Positions 50,171-59,166 of a stretch of 64,000 nt of DNA are shown here, piece by piece. The notes below the pieces were generated by a model. The model had not been told where the DNA came from. It saw only the letters and a program-made list of their open reading frames with translations, and did no database searches. Both the position numbers and the translations under genes were made by a program. Source of the DNA: Gammaproteobacteria bacterium (GTDB taxonomy: Bacteria > Pseudomonadota > Gammaproteobacteria > Eutrophobiales > Eutrophobiaceae); assembly GCA_965221695.1 (NCBI GenBank), contig OZ244905.1, forward strand, positions 1,376,001 to 1,440,000. The letters are read 5' to 3'. Each line of letters starts with the position of its first letter. The first letter of the stretch is position 1.

Positions 50171-52660
50171 TCAGAATTCGTAACCCGCCTGCAGGTACCA
50201 CTCCCGCCCGCGATGAAATGTTTGCTGAGTAAATCCAAAGCCATCCTGGTAGTTGGAGAAGATGGTGTGCTTCTCATCTGTCAGGTTATCCACACCGGCG
50301 GAAACTGCCAGGCCGGTATTGCGCACATCCCAACGCACACTGGCATTGAACAGGTGCAGATCATTCTCTTCCAGCACAGGATTGGGAACGCCGAAACTCA
50401 AGGGCACGCCGGCAAACGGTCCGGCGGGCAGGATATCGTCGCCCAGACGCGGGATGTTGTTTGAGTTGACTCCCCAATCGGTGCGATATGACCACTCGAA
50501 CCGGGGTGTCAGGTAGCCCAGATCGCCGATGGCAAACTCCTTGTAAATCTGCGCATTAGCGGTCCATTCGGAAACGTGCTGGAACGGGCTGTCCAGGGTC
50601 AGTCCCTGCACACTGCCCTCCAGCGCGCTGCGGTCGATATCGGTCATGCCGGCGCTACCGCTGATATACCAGCCCTCAGCCGGATTCAACAGCGCTTCCA
50701 TCTCCACACCGATGACCTCTGCATCGCCGGCGTTGCTGACGAACGGTCCAAGCCGGGACGGATCGGCCACTAATAGTTGCAGGTCAGTGTAATCGGTAAA
50801 ATATACGGCGACATTGAAGCGCAGCCGATCATCCAAGCCATCAAACTTAAAACCGCCTTCGTAGGATTTGACGAATTCGGGATCGAAGCTGGGTGTGCTG
50901 GCTTCCGGCGGGAAGATACGCTGCGTATAACCTCCGGACTTGAAGCCTTCGGAATAGGTGAAATAAGTCATCAGGCTGTCATTCCAGCGGTAGGACAGGT
51001 TCACCATCGGCACCAGTTCCGAGGTTTTGTGCGAGGTCCACTCATACGGGAGCGGCCGGTCGCCGATGCCGCATTGCGGCAGAGCCGGGTTAAACGGCAT
51101 CGGGGTAGCTGGCGGCGGGCAGTTAAACGGCAGTGGCCCTACCGGCAGAACTTCAATGTACTGGTCCGGCAGGTAATCACGGGTATCCTCGGTGTAGCGC
51201 AGACCGAAGGTCAGGTCCAGTTGTTCATTAAAATGCCAGGTGCCTTGGGCGAATACCGCCCAGGAATCGGCGTCATAATGGCCGCCGGACTGCAGGTCGA
51301 CCTGGGAAAAGCGTACCGGATTGATATTCTTCCCATCCTCCTCAAAATAATAGCCGCCGATGATCCAGTCCAAACGATCAGCAAAGCTGGCGCCTAACAA
51401 CTGTAATTCCTGGCTGAACTGCTCGTGCTGGTAGATGTCAATAAGATAGGAAACCCGGATCGGGGAGCCATCCTGGTCGCCTTCAAAGTTCCCTTCAAAA
51501 CCGCGTAGCGAAGTGATTGATTTCAGCTCAAGGTTTTTGCCGAGTTGCCAGTCCACGGTCAGGCCCGTGCCCCAGACATCCAGTTTCTGGTAGGAAGGAT
51601 CGCCGCTGTAATTCAGCTTCTTATCACCATTGTCTATCCATTGCTGGTTGAAACAAACAGGATTGTTCGCATTCTCAGGGGAAAAACAGGCCAGGAACTG
51701 GAATGGGAAGCCACTGGGATGCGCCACATTAAAAAATTCGCCTCCTACAAATGAAGCGGGACCGCCGGTGGCCAACTGCGCGGCCAGGGTTGTGGCCGCC
51801 AGGGTCATGGACGGACCGCCTCCGGTCAGTATACCCACGTTCAAGGGCTGAATGCCGGTCAGAACGAACGGATTGCCATTCTCATTTTCAGCGCTGTAGT
51901 CAACAGACCAGTTGATATCGAGCTTGTCATTGGGCAGCCAGCGTAACGCCCCGCGCAACGCCACCACATCCTGGTCGCCCAGGTCTTTGCCGTCAAAGAC
52001 ACGTGTGACATAACCGTCCTGTTGGAAAGTCGCCGCGGTAAAACGGCCAAAAAACCTGTCGTTGAACGGAACATTGACCGTCGCGCGAACATTCAGCCGA
52101 TCATCCTCGCCGTACTTGACATCCACCTTGCCCCCGAACTCTTCATTCGGTTTTTTACTGCTAAGCGAGATGGCTCCACCGATCGTGTTGCGGCCAAACA
52201 AGGTGCCCTGTGGCCCGCGCAATACCTCGACCCGTTCCAGGTCTACGATATCCAGGACCGCACCCACGGAACGGCCCAGGTAGACGCCATCGACGTAAAT
52301 GCCTACGCCGGGGTCGATTACCGGGGTAAAATCATTCTGGCCAATGCCGCGGATATACACTGCGGCATTGGTGACATTGGAATAGGTAGTGGATTCGTTC
52401 AAGACCAGGTTAGGCACAAACTGGTCCAGTTTGCCGATATCCGTAACGCCGCGAAAGTCCAGCGCGTCGCCAGTGAACGCGGAAACCGCGATGGGCGTAT
52501 CCTGCAGGTTTTCCTCGCGCTTGCGCGCAGTGACAACAATTTCCTCTATCAGCGCGCTGCTCCGGCCCTGGGCATAAACCGGCACGCTGAAATCCGTGAG
52601 CAGCGTCGCTGCTACCATAACTGCAACGCCATAATAAGCATGTGTTATTCGTCTATTCAT
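50171..52660 (-). CDS. TonB-dependent receptor
   Basis: IEEIVVTARKREE, EVLRGPQGTLFGRNTIGGA, terminal YEF; start at MNRR (52660). Confidence 0.95.
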   Translation of the reverse strand: MNRRITHAYYGVAVMVAATLLTDFSVPVYAQGRSSALIEEIVVTARKREENLQDTPIAVSAFTGDALDFRGVTDIGKLDQFVPNLVLNESTTYSNVTNAAVYIRGIGQNDFTPVIDPGVGIYVDGVYLGRSVGAVLDIVDLERVEVLRGPQGTLFGRNTIGGAISLSSKKPNEEFGGKVDVKYGEDDRLNVRATVNVPFNDRFFGRFTAATFQQDGYVTRVFDGKDLGDQDVVALRGALRWLPNDKLDINWSVDYSAENENGNPFVLTGIQPLNVGILTGGGPSMTLAATTLAAQLATGGPASFVGGEFFNVAHPSGFPFQFLACFSPENANNPVCFNQQWIDNGDKKLNYSGDPSYQKLDVWGTGLTVDWQLGKNLELKSITSLRGFEGNFEGDQDGSPIRVSYLIDIYQHEQFSQELQLLGASFADRLDWIIGGYYFEEDGKNINPVRFSQVDLQSGGHYDADSWAVFAQGTWHFNEQLDLTFGLRYTEDTRDYLPDQYIEVLPVGPLPFNCPPPATPMPFNPALPQCGIGDRPLPYEWTSHKTSELVPMVNLSYRWNDSLMTYFTYSEGFKSGGYTQRIFPPEASTPSFDPEFVKSYEGGFKFDGLDDRLRFNVAVYFTDYTDLQLLVADPSRLGPFVSNAGDAEVIGVEMEALLNPAEGWYISGSAGMTDIDRSALEGSVQGLTLDSPFQHVSEWTANAQIYKEFAIGDLGYLTPRFEWSYRTDWGVNSNNIPRLGDDILPAGPFAGVPLSFGVPNPVLEENDLHLFNASVRWDVRNTGLAVSAGVDNLTDEKHTIFSNYQDGFGFTQQTFHRGREWYLQAGYEF

Positions 52661-52688
52661 TCCTGATACCTGATCGTTGTTTAACAAA

Positions 52689-52837
52689 GCTCTGAACAAG
52701 TCCATCCTGGACTTGCCAGAGCACGCAAAACAAAAATGCGATTTTTGTTTTGCTCCCAAAATCAATGCCTTATGGTCATTGATTTTGGCGATACATCCCT
52801 GTATCGCAGGAAACTCTGTCTTAAGCAGAGTTTCCTC
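52689..52837. mobile_element. Five-hairpin ~150 bp repeat (candidate IS5-related MITE), full copy A
   Basis: Five adjacent stems; aligns end to end with the reverse complement of 60595-60748. Confidence 0.8.
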
Positions 52838-52933
52838 AACAAAGCTCTGAACAAGTCCATCCTGGACTTTTCAGAGCGCTAAAAACATTTAGCATTTTAG
52901 AGATGGAAACGAAAAATGTCGATTTTTCATTTC
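52838..52933. repeat. Tandem partial copy of the same element
   Basis: aacaaagctctgaacaagtccatcctggactt occurs exactly at 52683 and 52838, followed by a decayed second stem (gaaacgaaaaatgtcgatttttcatttc). Confidence 0.8.
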
Positions 52934-52939
52934 TTCAGT

Positions 52940-55036
52940 TCACTTTTGCTCGCTCCACTGTTGAAAACTGCCACCGGATCGCGCCAATTGTTCCAGTAAC
53001 GCGGAAGGCGTCCACCACAGGTCGCCATAGCGGGAGCGGTATTTTTCAACTGCCGCCAGCACATTATCAAGACCGACCATGTCGGCATATTGCATGGGGC
53101 CGCCACGGTAGCGGGGCATGCCGTAACCATTGACGAAGATTACATCAATATCGCCGGACCGTATGGCAATCCCTTCTTCCAGCACGCGCGCGCCTTCGTT
53201 GATCATGGAATACAGCAGACGTTCGATGATTTCCTCATCGCTGACGTCGATTTGTTTCACGCCCAGCGATTGCGCTTCGCGCCGCGCCAGTTCCATCACC
53301 TCGGGATCAGGCACGGCTTTTCTTCCTTCGTAACGATAAGTCCCGGCGCCGGTCTTCTGGCCCAGACGCCCCATTTCAGCGAGCACAGAGATCATTCGGC
53401 AGTAAACCGGATCGTCGGGCCGGTCCTGCCATTCGTTATTCAGCTTGTAGAATATGTCGAGGCCGGACAGGTCCATCACCGCGTGCGGACCCATGGCCAT
53501 GCCCCAGTCAAACATAACCTGGTCGACCCGCTCAGGCGGGATACCTTCAAGCATCATTTGTTGCGCCTCCCTGATATAAGGGAAGAACATGCGGTTGCCG
53601 ACGAAGCCGAAGCAGACTCCCACCAGGACGCCCACTTTGCGTATTTTCTTTGCGATGCCCATGGCCGTTGCGATAACATCGGCGGCAGTCTGTTCGGCGC
53701 GTACGATCTCCAGCAACTTCATGATGTTGGCCGGCGCAAAGAAGTGCATGCCGATTACGTCCTGCGGGCGTTTCGTGACAGCGGCGATCTCATTCAGGTC
53801 CAGGCTGGAAGTATTGCTCGCCAGGATGGCGCCGTCTTTACAGACCTCATCCAGCTTTGCAAATACCTGCTTTTTTACCTCCATGTTCTCGAAAACGGCT
53901 TCGATTACCAGGTCAGCCCCTGCAATATCCCCATAATCGGTGGTCGGCGAGAACATTTCCATCGCCTGTTCCAGTTGTGCTTGTGTCCTGCGCCCCTTGT
54001 CGACCGCGACCGAGTAGTTGTTACGGATGATCCCCAACCCTCGCTCCAGGCCGGCCTGGTCTGCCTCGAGTAGCGTAACCGGCATACCGGCATTGACGAA
54101 GTTCATCGCAATGCCTCCCCCCATGGTGCCAGCGCCGATGACCGCTACGCTGTTTATCTCCCTGGCGGGGGTGGTTTTCGGGACATCAGGTATCTTTGCG
54201 GTTTCCCGTTCCGCAAAGAACAGGTGGCGTTGCGCCTGGGAATGGGTGGAGGACTTGCACTCACTGAACAGCCGCCGTTCCGTTATCACCGCGTCCGCGT
54301 AGGATTGATTCACGGCTGCCCGCACACATTTAAGGATCTGGAACGGGGCGAAGAAACCCCGGGCCTTGCGCGCCAGTTGCTGCTCATACTCGGCGTAAAA
54401 CGCATCATCCATACCCGTTGCGTCGACATCAAGTTGGCTCACCCGTTTCAGCGGCGCCGCATCGGCCAGCAATTCAGTGGCGTAAGCGATGGCGCCGGCG
54501 CGTAAATCACCTTCAACCAGCTTTTCGATTATGCCGGCCTCCAGCGCTTCCGCGGCGCCGACCTGGCGACCTGAAGTCATCATCTCCAGCGCCTTGCGCG
54601 CGCCAACCAGGCGCGGCAGCCGTTGTGTGCCGGTGGCGCCGGGCAGCAGACCGAGGTGTACTTCCGGGAGTCCCACTCTCGCGCCGGGCAACGCACAACG
54701 GTAATGGCAACCCATGGCCGTCTCCAGGCCGCCACCCAGGGCAGTGCCGTGGATAGCAGCCACGATCGGCTTCTCCGAGGCCTCGAATTTCTCCACCAGT
54801 TCCGGCAACCAGGGATCTGCAATGGGTTTGTCGAATTCAGTGATGTCAGCGCCGGCGATGAACGTTCTGCCCGCGCAGATCAGCACTACGGCCCTGGCCG
54901 CGTCATCGGCTGCGAGCCGCTCCAACGCATCCCAGCAACCTTTCCTGACTGCCGCAGACATCGCATTCACGGGTGGATTATCAATGGTAATGACGGCAAT
55001 GCTGTCTTCGATTTCGTAGCTGATTGTAGCTGGCAT
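52940..55036 (-). CDS. Bifunctional enoyl-CoA hydratase / 3-hydroxyacyl-CoA dehydrogenase
   Basis: DNPPVNA, AGADI, GGGLE, GLPEV, GAGTMGGGIA, EAVFE, SNTS, GMHFF. Confidence 0.93.
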   Translation of the reverse strand: MPATISYEIEDSIAVITIDNPPVNAMSAAVRKGCWDALERLAADDAARAVVLICAGRTFIAGADITEFDKPIADPWLPELVEKFEASEKPIVAAIHGTALGGGLETAMGCHYRCALPGARVGLPEVHLGLLPGATGTQRLPRLVGARKALEMMTSGRQVGAAEALEAGIIEKLVEGDLRAGAIAYATELLADAAPLKRVSQLDVDATGMDDAFYAEYEQQLARKARGFFAPFQILKCVRAAVNQSYADAVITERRLFSECKSSTHSQAQRHLFFAERETAKIPDVPKTTPAREINSVAVIGAGTMGGGIAMNFVNAGMPVTLLEADQAGLERGLGIIRNNYSVAVDKGRRTQAQLEQAMEMFSPTTDYGDIAGADLVIEAVFENMEVKKQVFAKLDEVCKDGAILASNTSSLDLNEIAAVTKRPQDVIGMHFFAPANIMKLLEIVRAEQTAADVIATAMGIAKKIRKVGVLVGVCFGFVGNRMFFPYIREAQQMMLEGIPPERVDQVMFDWGMAMGPHAVMDLSGLDIFYKLNNEWQDRPDDPVYCRMISVLAEMGRLGQKTGAGTYRYEGRKAVPDPEVMELARREAQSLGVKQIDVSDEEIIERLLYSMINEGARVLEEGIAIRSGDIDVIFVNGYGMPRYRGGPMQYADMVGLDNVLAAVEKYRSRYGDLWWTPSALLEQLARSGGSFQQWSEQK

Positions 55037-55128
55037 GGATATTTACTGTCCTGTTGTTGTCTCAGGGCAGTAATCCTAATCGGTATCGGTTGATATGACA
55101 ACCTCGCGGATATACCTTTCCGGCTATA

Positions 55129-55596
55129 TCAGGTGGGAATGGGCAGCTCCGTTCTTTTCGTCACCGCGCGCAAAGCGAAGCTGGACCTGACCCGCGCGAC
55201 ACCGGGCAATGCAGTCAACTGTTCATGGTGGATGCGTTCATAATCGGCTGCGTCTGCGACGACGACGCGCAACAGGTAATCGTATTCGCCGGACATCAGG
55301 TAGCACTCCATGACTTCAGGGACCTGGGCCAGGGCGGCTTCGAATGCATCCTGGTCTTCCCGGCGCTGTCGGTTCAGCGCGATTTCCACGAACACATTTC
55401 CCGGCAACCCAACCGCCGCCTGGTTGATCAGCATCGCAAAGCCACCAATCACGCCGGCCTGCTCCAGTAACCTGACCCGGCGCAGGCACGCGGACTCAGA
55501 CAAATTGACCCGCTGCGCGAGCCGAACATTACTGATGCGGCCATCCAGTTGCAGTTCATGCAGAATAGCGTGATCTGTCCTATCCAGTGATAACAT
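55129..55596 (-). CDS. Lrp/AsnC regulator (AldR-like)
   Basis: LQLDGRISN..LA..VNLS.SACLRRVR.LE, ECYLMSG..DYLL; divergent from ald. Confidence 0.92.
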   Translation of the reverse strand: MLSLDRTDHAILHELQLDGRISNVRLAQRVNLSESACLRRVRLLEQAGVIGGFAMLINQAAVGLPGNVFVEIALNRQRREDQDAFEAALAQVPEVMECYLMSGEYDYLLRVVVADAADYERIHHEQLTALPGVARVRSSFALRAVTKRTELPIPT

Positions 55597-55597
55597 T

Positions 55598-55685
55598 AGA
55601 ATTATATTTGATAATTTTAGATAAATTATAAGAATAATTCTAATTATACACGATATTATCCAATATTTTGCAAAGAAATTCTCTT
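55598..55685. promoter_or_regulatory. AT-rich divergent promoter with Lrp-type sites
   Basis: agaataattct, gatattatc and agaaattctct palindromic boxes between lrp and ald. Confidence 0.5.
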
Positions 55686-55764
55686 CACTTTTGACTAGAC
55701 TTCTGTCTCAGAAACCTCTGGATTTAGCCAGATATTCGGGTTAACCCAACCAGGAGCAAACACG

Positions 55765-56883
55765 ATGCAGATCGGAGTACCCAAAGAGACCAAGAACCAT
55801 GAATACCGTGTGGGTCTGACGCCGGCCGGAGTGCAAGAGCTGGTACAGGCGGGACACCAGGTATTGGTCGAAACCAATGCCGGCAACGCGATCGGCATGT
55901 CCGACGCCGATTATGTCGGCGCCGGCGCGGCGATTGTTGCCAACGCACGCCAGGTGTTTGCCGGGGCCGACCTGATCATAAAGGTAAAGGAGCCCCAACC
56001 CGATGAATGCCGGCTGTTGCGCCCGGGTCAGACCTTGTTCACCTACCTGCACCTGGCGCCGGACCCGCTGCAGACCAGGTTGCTGCTGGACTCCGGCGCC
56101 ATCGCGATTGCTTATGAAACGGTCACCGCGCCGGACCGGACGCTGCCTTTACTCGCTCCCATGAGCGAGGTGGCGGGGCGGCTGTCGGTACAGGCAGGGG
56201 CGCACTGCCTGGAAAAAGCGCAAGGCGGTTCCGGCGTGCTGCTGGGCGGCGTCCCGGGCGTGGCGCCGGCCAAGGCGCTGGTCATCGGTGGCGGTGTAGT
56301 GGGCGATAATGCCGCGGCCATGGCCTTGGGGATGGGCGCCGACGTGACCTTGCTGGATTGTTCCCTGCCGCGCCTGCGCCAACTCGACGCGGAATACGGC
56401 GGACGGGTCAAATGCGTTTATTCAACCCGGGATGCCATTGAAGACTATGCGCTTCAGGCTGACCTGGTCATCGGGGCAGTCCTGCGTCCGGGCGCCACGG
56501 CGCCGAAATTAATCGGAAAAGACCTGGTCAGACGCATGAAGCACGGTTCGGTCCTGGTTGACGTCGCCATTGACCAGGGAGGATGTTTCGAAACCTCCAG
56601 GCCGACCACGCACCAGGCGCCTACTTATATCGTCGATGGCGTCGTGCATTATTGTGTCGCGAACATGCCCGGCGCAGTCCCGCGTACTTCCACGCTTGCC
56701 CTGAATAACGCAACCATGCCTTATATCAGGGCGCTGGCTGACAAGGGTGTGAAGCAGGCCTTAACGGAAGACCGCGGATTACGCAACGGCTTGAATGTCT
56801 ACCAGGGTCGCATCACCTGTGAAGCGGTGGCGAACGATCTTCATTACGATTACCTGCCGGCCGTGGAGGCTTTGGCCGCCTGA
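55765..56883 (+). CDS. ald: Alanine dehydrogenase
   Basis: [46 protein letters not shown]. Confidence 0.96.
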   Translation: MQIGVPKETKNHEYRVGLTPAGVQELVQAGHQVLVETNAGNAIGMSDADYVGAGAAIVANARQVFAGADLIIKVKEPQPDECRLLRPGQTLFTYLHLAPDPLQTRLLLDSGAIAIAYETVTAPDRTLPLLAPMSEVAGRLSVQAGAHCLEKAQGGSGVLLGGVPGVAPAKALVIGGGVVGDNAAAMALGMGADVTLLDCSLPRLRQLDAEYGGRVKCVYSTRDAIEDYALQADLVIGAVLRPGATAPKLIGKDLVRRMKHGSVLVDVAIDQGGCFETSRPTTHQAPTYIVDGVVHYCVANMPGAVPRTSTLALNNATMPYIRALADKGVKQALTEDRGLRNGLNVYQGRITCEAVANDLHYDYLPAVEALAA

Positions 56884-56893
56884 AAAACAGCGC

Positions 56894-57616
56894 TCAGTAC
56901 ATATGCTGGCCGCCATTGATGCTCAGGGTCGAGCCGGTAATAAATCCCGCTTCATCACCGACCAGAAACAACACCCCGCGGGCGATTTCTTCGGCCTTGC
57001 CCAGACGGCGCACAGGAATCTTGGCGATGATTTTTTCCAGCACGTTCTCCGGCACTGCCCGAACCATGTCGGTGTCAATATAGCCCGGCGCAATCGCATT
57101 GACTGTTATCCCCTTGGCCGCGCCTTCCTGAGCCAATGCCTTGGTAAACCCATGTATGCCAGACTTGGCGGCCGCATAATTCACCTGACCGTACTGACCC
57201 GCCTGGCCGTTGATTGAACCGATATTCACGATACGGCCGAAACCGCGCTCGCGCATACCATCGATGACACACCGTGACATATTGAAGCAGGATCCCAGGT
57301 TGGTCTGGATCACCCTGTCCCACTGCTCGAAATCCATCCTGTGCATAGTGCCGTCTCGGGTAACACCCGCATTGTTGACCAGCACATCCACCGAACCCAG
57401 GTCCTGCTCTATCTGGGTAACGGCATCCCGGCACGCATCGTAATCACCTACATCGAACTTGTACACGTTAATCTTGGTGACATCCTGGAACCTGGCTGCT
57501 GCCTCGTCGTTGCCGACATAACTTGCCGCCACATGGTATCCCGCTTTCTTCAGGGCGATTGAAATGGCCCCGCCGATACCCCGGGTGCCGCCTGTTACTA
57601 CTGCTACTCTTGCCAT
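56894..57616 (-). CDS. phbB: Acetoacetyl-CoA reductase
   Basis: TGGTRGIG, NNAGVTRD, SINGQAGQYGQVNYAAAK, STLSINGGQHMY. Confidence 0.92.
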   Translation of the reverse strand: MARVAVVTGGTRGIGGAISIALKKAGYHVAASYVGNDEAAARFQDVTKINVYKFDVGDYDACRDAVTQIEQDLGSVDVLVNNAGVTRDGTMHRMDFEQWDRVIQTNLGSCFNMSRCVIDGMRERGFGRIVNIGSINGQAGQYGQVNYAAAKSGIHGFTKALAQEGAAKGITVNAIAPGYIDTDMVRAVPENVLEKIIAKIPVRRLGKAEEIARGVLFLVGDEAGFITGSTLSINGGQHMY

Positions 57617-57696
57617 GGTGTTTACCTCTGATTAAATCGCGTAGTATAGCATCAACGGGAAAGTGGAATAATAATGCTATACTTGATAGTAACCAT

Positions 57697-59034
57697 ATGG
57701 CCATTGCAATGAAACTTCTTCGGGTTAGGTCTGCTTTCTCAGCGTTTTTACTGCTGTTCGGGATGTGCTGCCATGCGGCCAATGCGCCTGCCGATACAGA
57801 TAATCAAGCTCAGACCGCGGCTGAACTGACCCGGTCGATCGCGGATTACGAACAGGAAATCCAGGCCCGGGAGGCGGAATACGGCGTTTACGATCCGGCC
57901 ACGGGTGAATACCTGTTATCCGTCGGCCTGGTATACCAGAATGCCGGCAGGCACCAGGAAGCGGCCGATGCATTCAACCGCGCCCTGCAAATCAAGCGGG
58001 TTAACGAAGGATTGCAAAGCGCCGGGCAGTTACTCATCTTAGAACAACTCATCAAAAGCAATATCGCCAGGGCGGATTGGGAGGAAGTGGATCGCAACTA
58101 TCAGCAGCTATTGTGGATTCACAAGCGTAATTATGAGCCCGGCGACCCCCGGTTGCTGCCGGTCGTGGATACGGTCGGGCGCTGGAAGTTGAAGGCCTAC
58201 AAGGAAAACCTGCTCGATAGCAGCGCAATCAGGATAATCGGTGAATCCGAAAAACTGTTCAAGGATACGATCAATATCCTGGAACGCCAGTATGGCGAAA
58301 ACGACCCGAGGCTGATCAACCCTCTATACGGCAGGGCATTGACGAATTACCAGTATGCGATAGAAGTTGCCAATACCCCGCAGGATGAGTTTCGCGGCGC
58401 CGGCAGTCCGACCAGGACCCAGGTGATATGCCGCACCGTCCCGACCGCAAACGGCGGCGCCAGACGCATCTGCAACACCATCAGGGTACCTGATCCGAGT
58501 TACTACGCCAGCCAGAGCAGCAACAAGGACTTCGCGTTGGGGCAACGTCTTGTCTCGGTAGGCAAGGCATTGCAGCATATTATACTAATCCATGAAGCCA
58601 ATCCGGACCTGCCTGAGGATTCCCATGCCCGGGCGCTGGCGCACCTGGGCGACTGGAACCTTCTCAGGGGCAAGAAAACCACGGCCTACAAGAACTACAA
58701 GGCCGCCTACGAATTGCTCGTGGACAGTGACGAGTACCAGGAAGTGATTGACGAATTATTCGGCAAACCGCAGAACCTGCCGGCCCTGCGCCTGCCTCTG
58801 CCCGAGATAGATCAGAAACTGGAAGAAGACAAGACCACATCCGTTCTTGCCTCGTTTGACGTGTCGCGTACCGGGCGCGCAAAAAATGTGCAGATTATCG
58901 AATCTGAACCGCCGGACGCGACTTCAGCCCGCAGGAAAGCCAAGAAAACCATCCGCGGGCGTTTGTACCGGCCACGTTTTGAGAAAGGCGAGCCGGTGGA
59001 CACGGTGGGGAATAAAATCCGTATAGTAGATTAG
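57697..59034 (+). CDS. Exported TPR protein with C-terminal TonB-like domain
   Basis: Signal-like N-terminus, TPR-like helices (IKRVNEGL, LGDWNLL), C-terminal FDVSRTGRAKNV...YRPRFEKGEPV. Confidence 0.7.
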   Translation: MAIAMKLLRVRSAFSAFLLLFGMCCHAANAPADTDNQAQTAAELTRSIADYEQEIQAREAEYGVYDPATGEYLLSVGLVYQNAGRHQEAADAFNRALQIKRVNEGLQSAGQLLILEQLIKSNIARADWEEVDRNYQQLLWIHKRNYEPGDPRLLPVVDTVGRWKLKAYKENLLDSSAIRIIGESEKLFKDTINILERQYGENDPRLINPLYGRALTNYQYAIEVANTPQDEFRGAGSPTRTQVICRTVPTANGGARRICNTIRVPDPSYYASQSSNKDFALGQRLVSVGKALQHIILIHEANPDLPEDSHARALAHLGDWNLLRGKKTTAYKNYKAAYELLVDSDEYQEVIDELFGKPQNLPALRLPLPEIDQKLEEDKTTSVLASFDVSRTGRAKNVQIIESEPPDATSARRKAKKTIRGRLYRPRFEKGEPVDTVGNKIRIVD

Positions 59035-59120
59035 ACACCATGTTTGAACTTTCGTACAAGCTCAGACATGGTGTCTTCGGGTTAGCCCAGCGCGTCGCCG
59101 GAAAAAATTTTGACGCCAGC

Positions 59121-59153
59121 CCGGTATCGCGGGCGGAACGCCCGCGATACCGG
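59121..59153. terminator. Perfect 15 bp GC-rich stem-loop between convergent genes (terminator or REP-like)
   Basis: ccggtatcgcgggcg-gaa-cgcccgcgataccgg; no clear U-tract. Confidence 0.5.
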
Positions 59154-59166
59154 AGTGGACTTAACG

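Noticed and set aside
52661-52765. N-terminal extension of the TonB receptor ORF in the track
   Set aside because: It reads through the repeat element; the signal peptide and TonB box fit a start at 52660.
52689-52837. Riboswitch upstream of the TonB receptor (cobalamin or TPP type)
   Set aside because: No recognisable aptamer motifs, and the same element lies in the opposite relative orientation upstream of amt.
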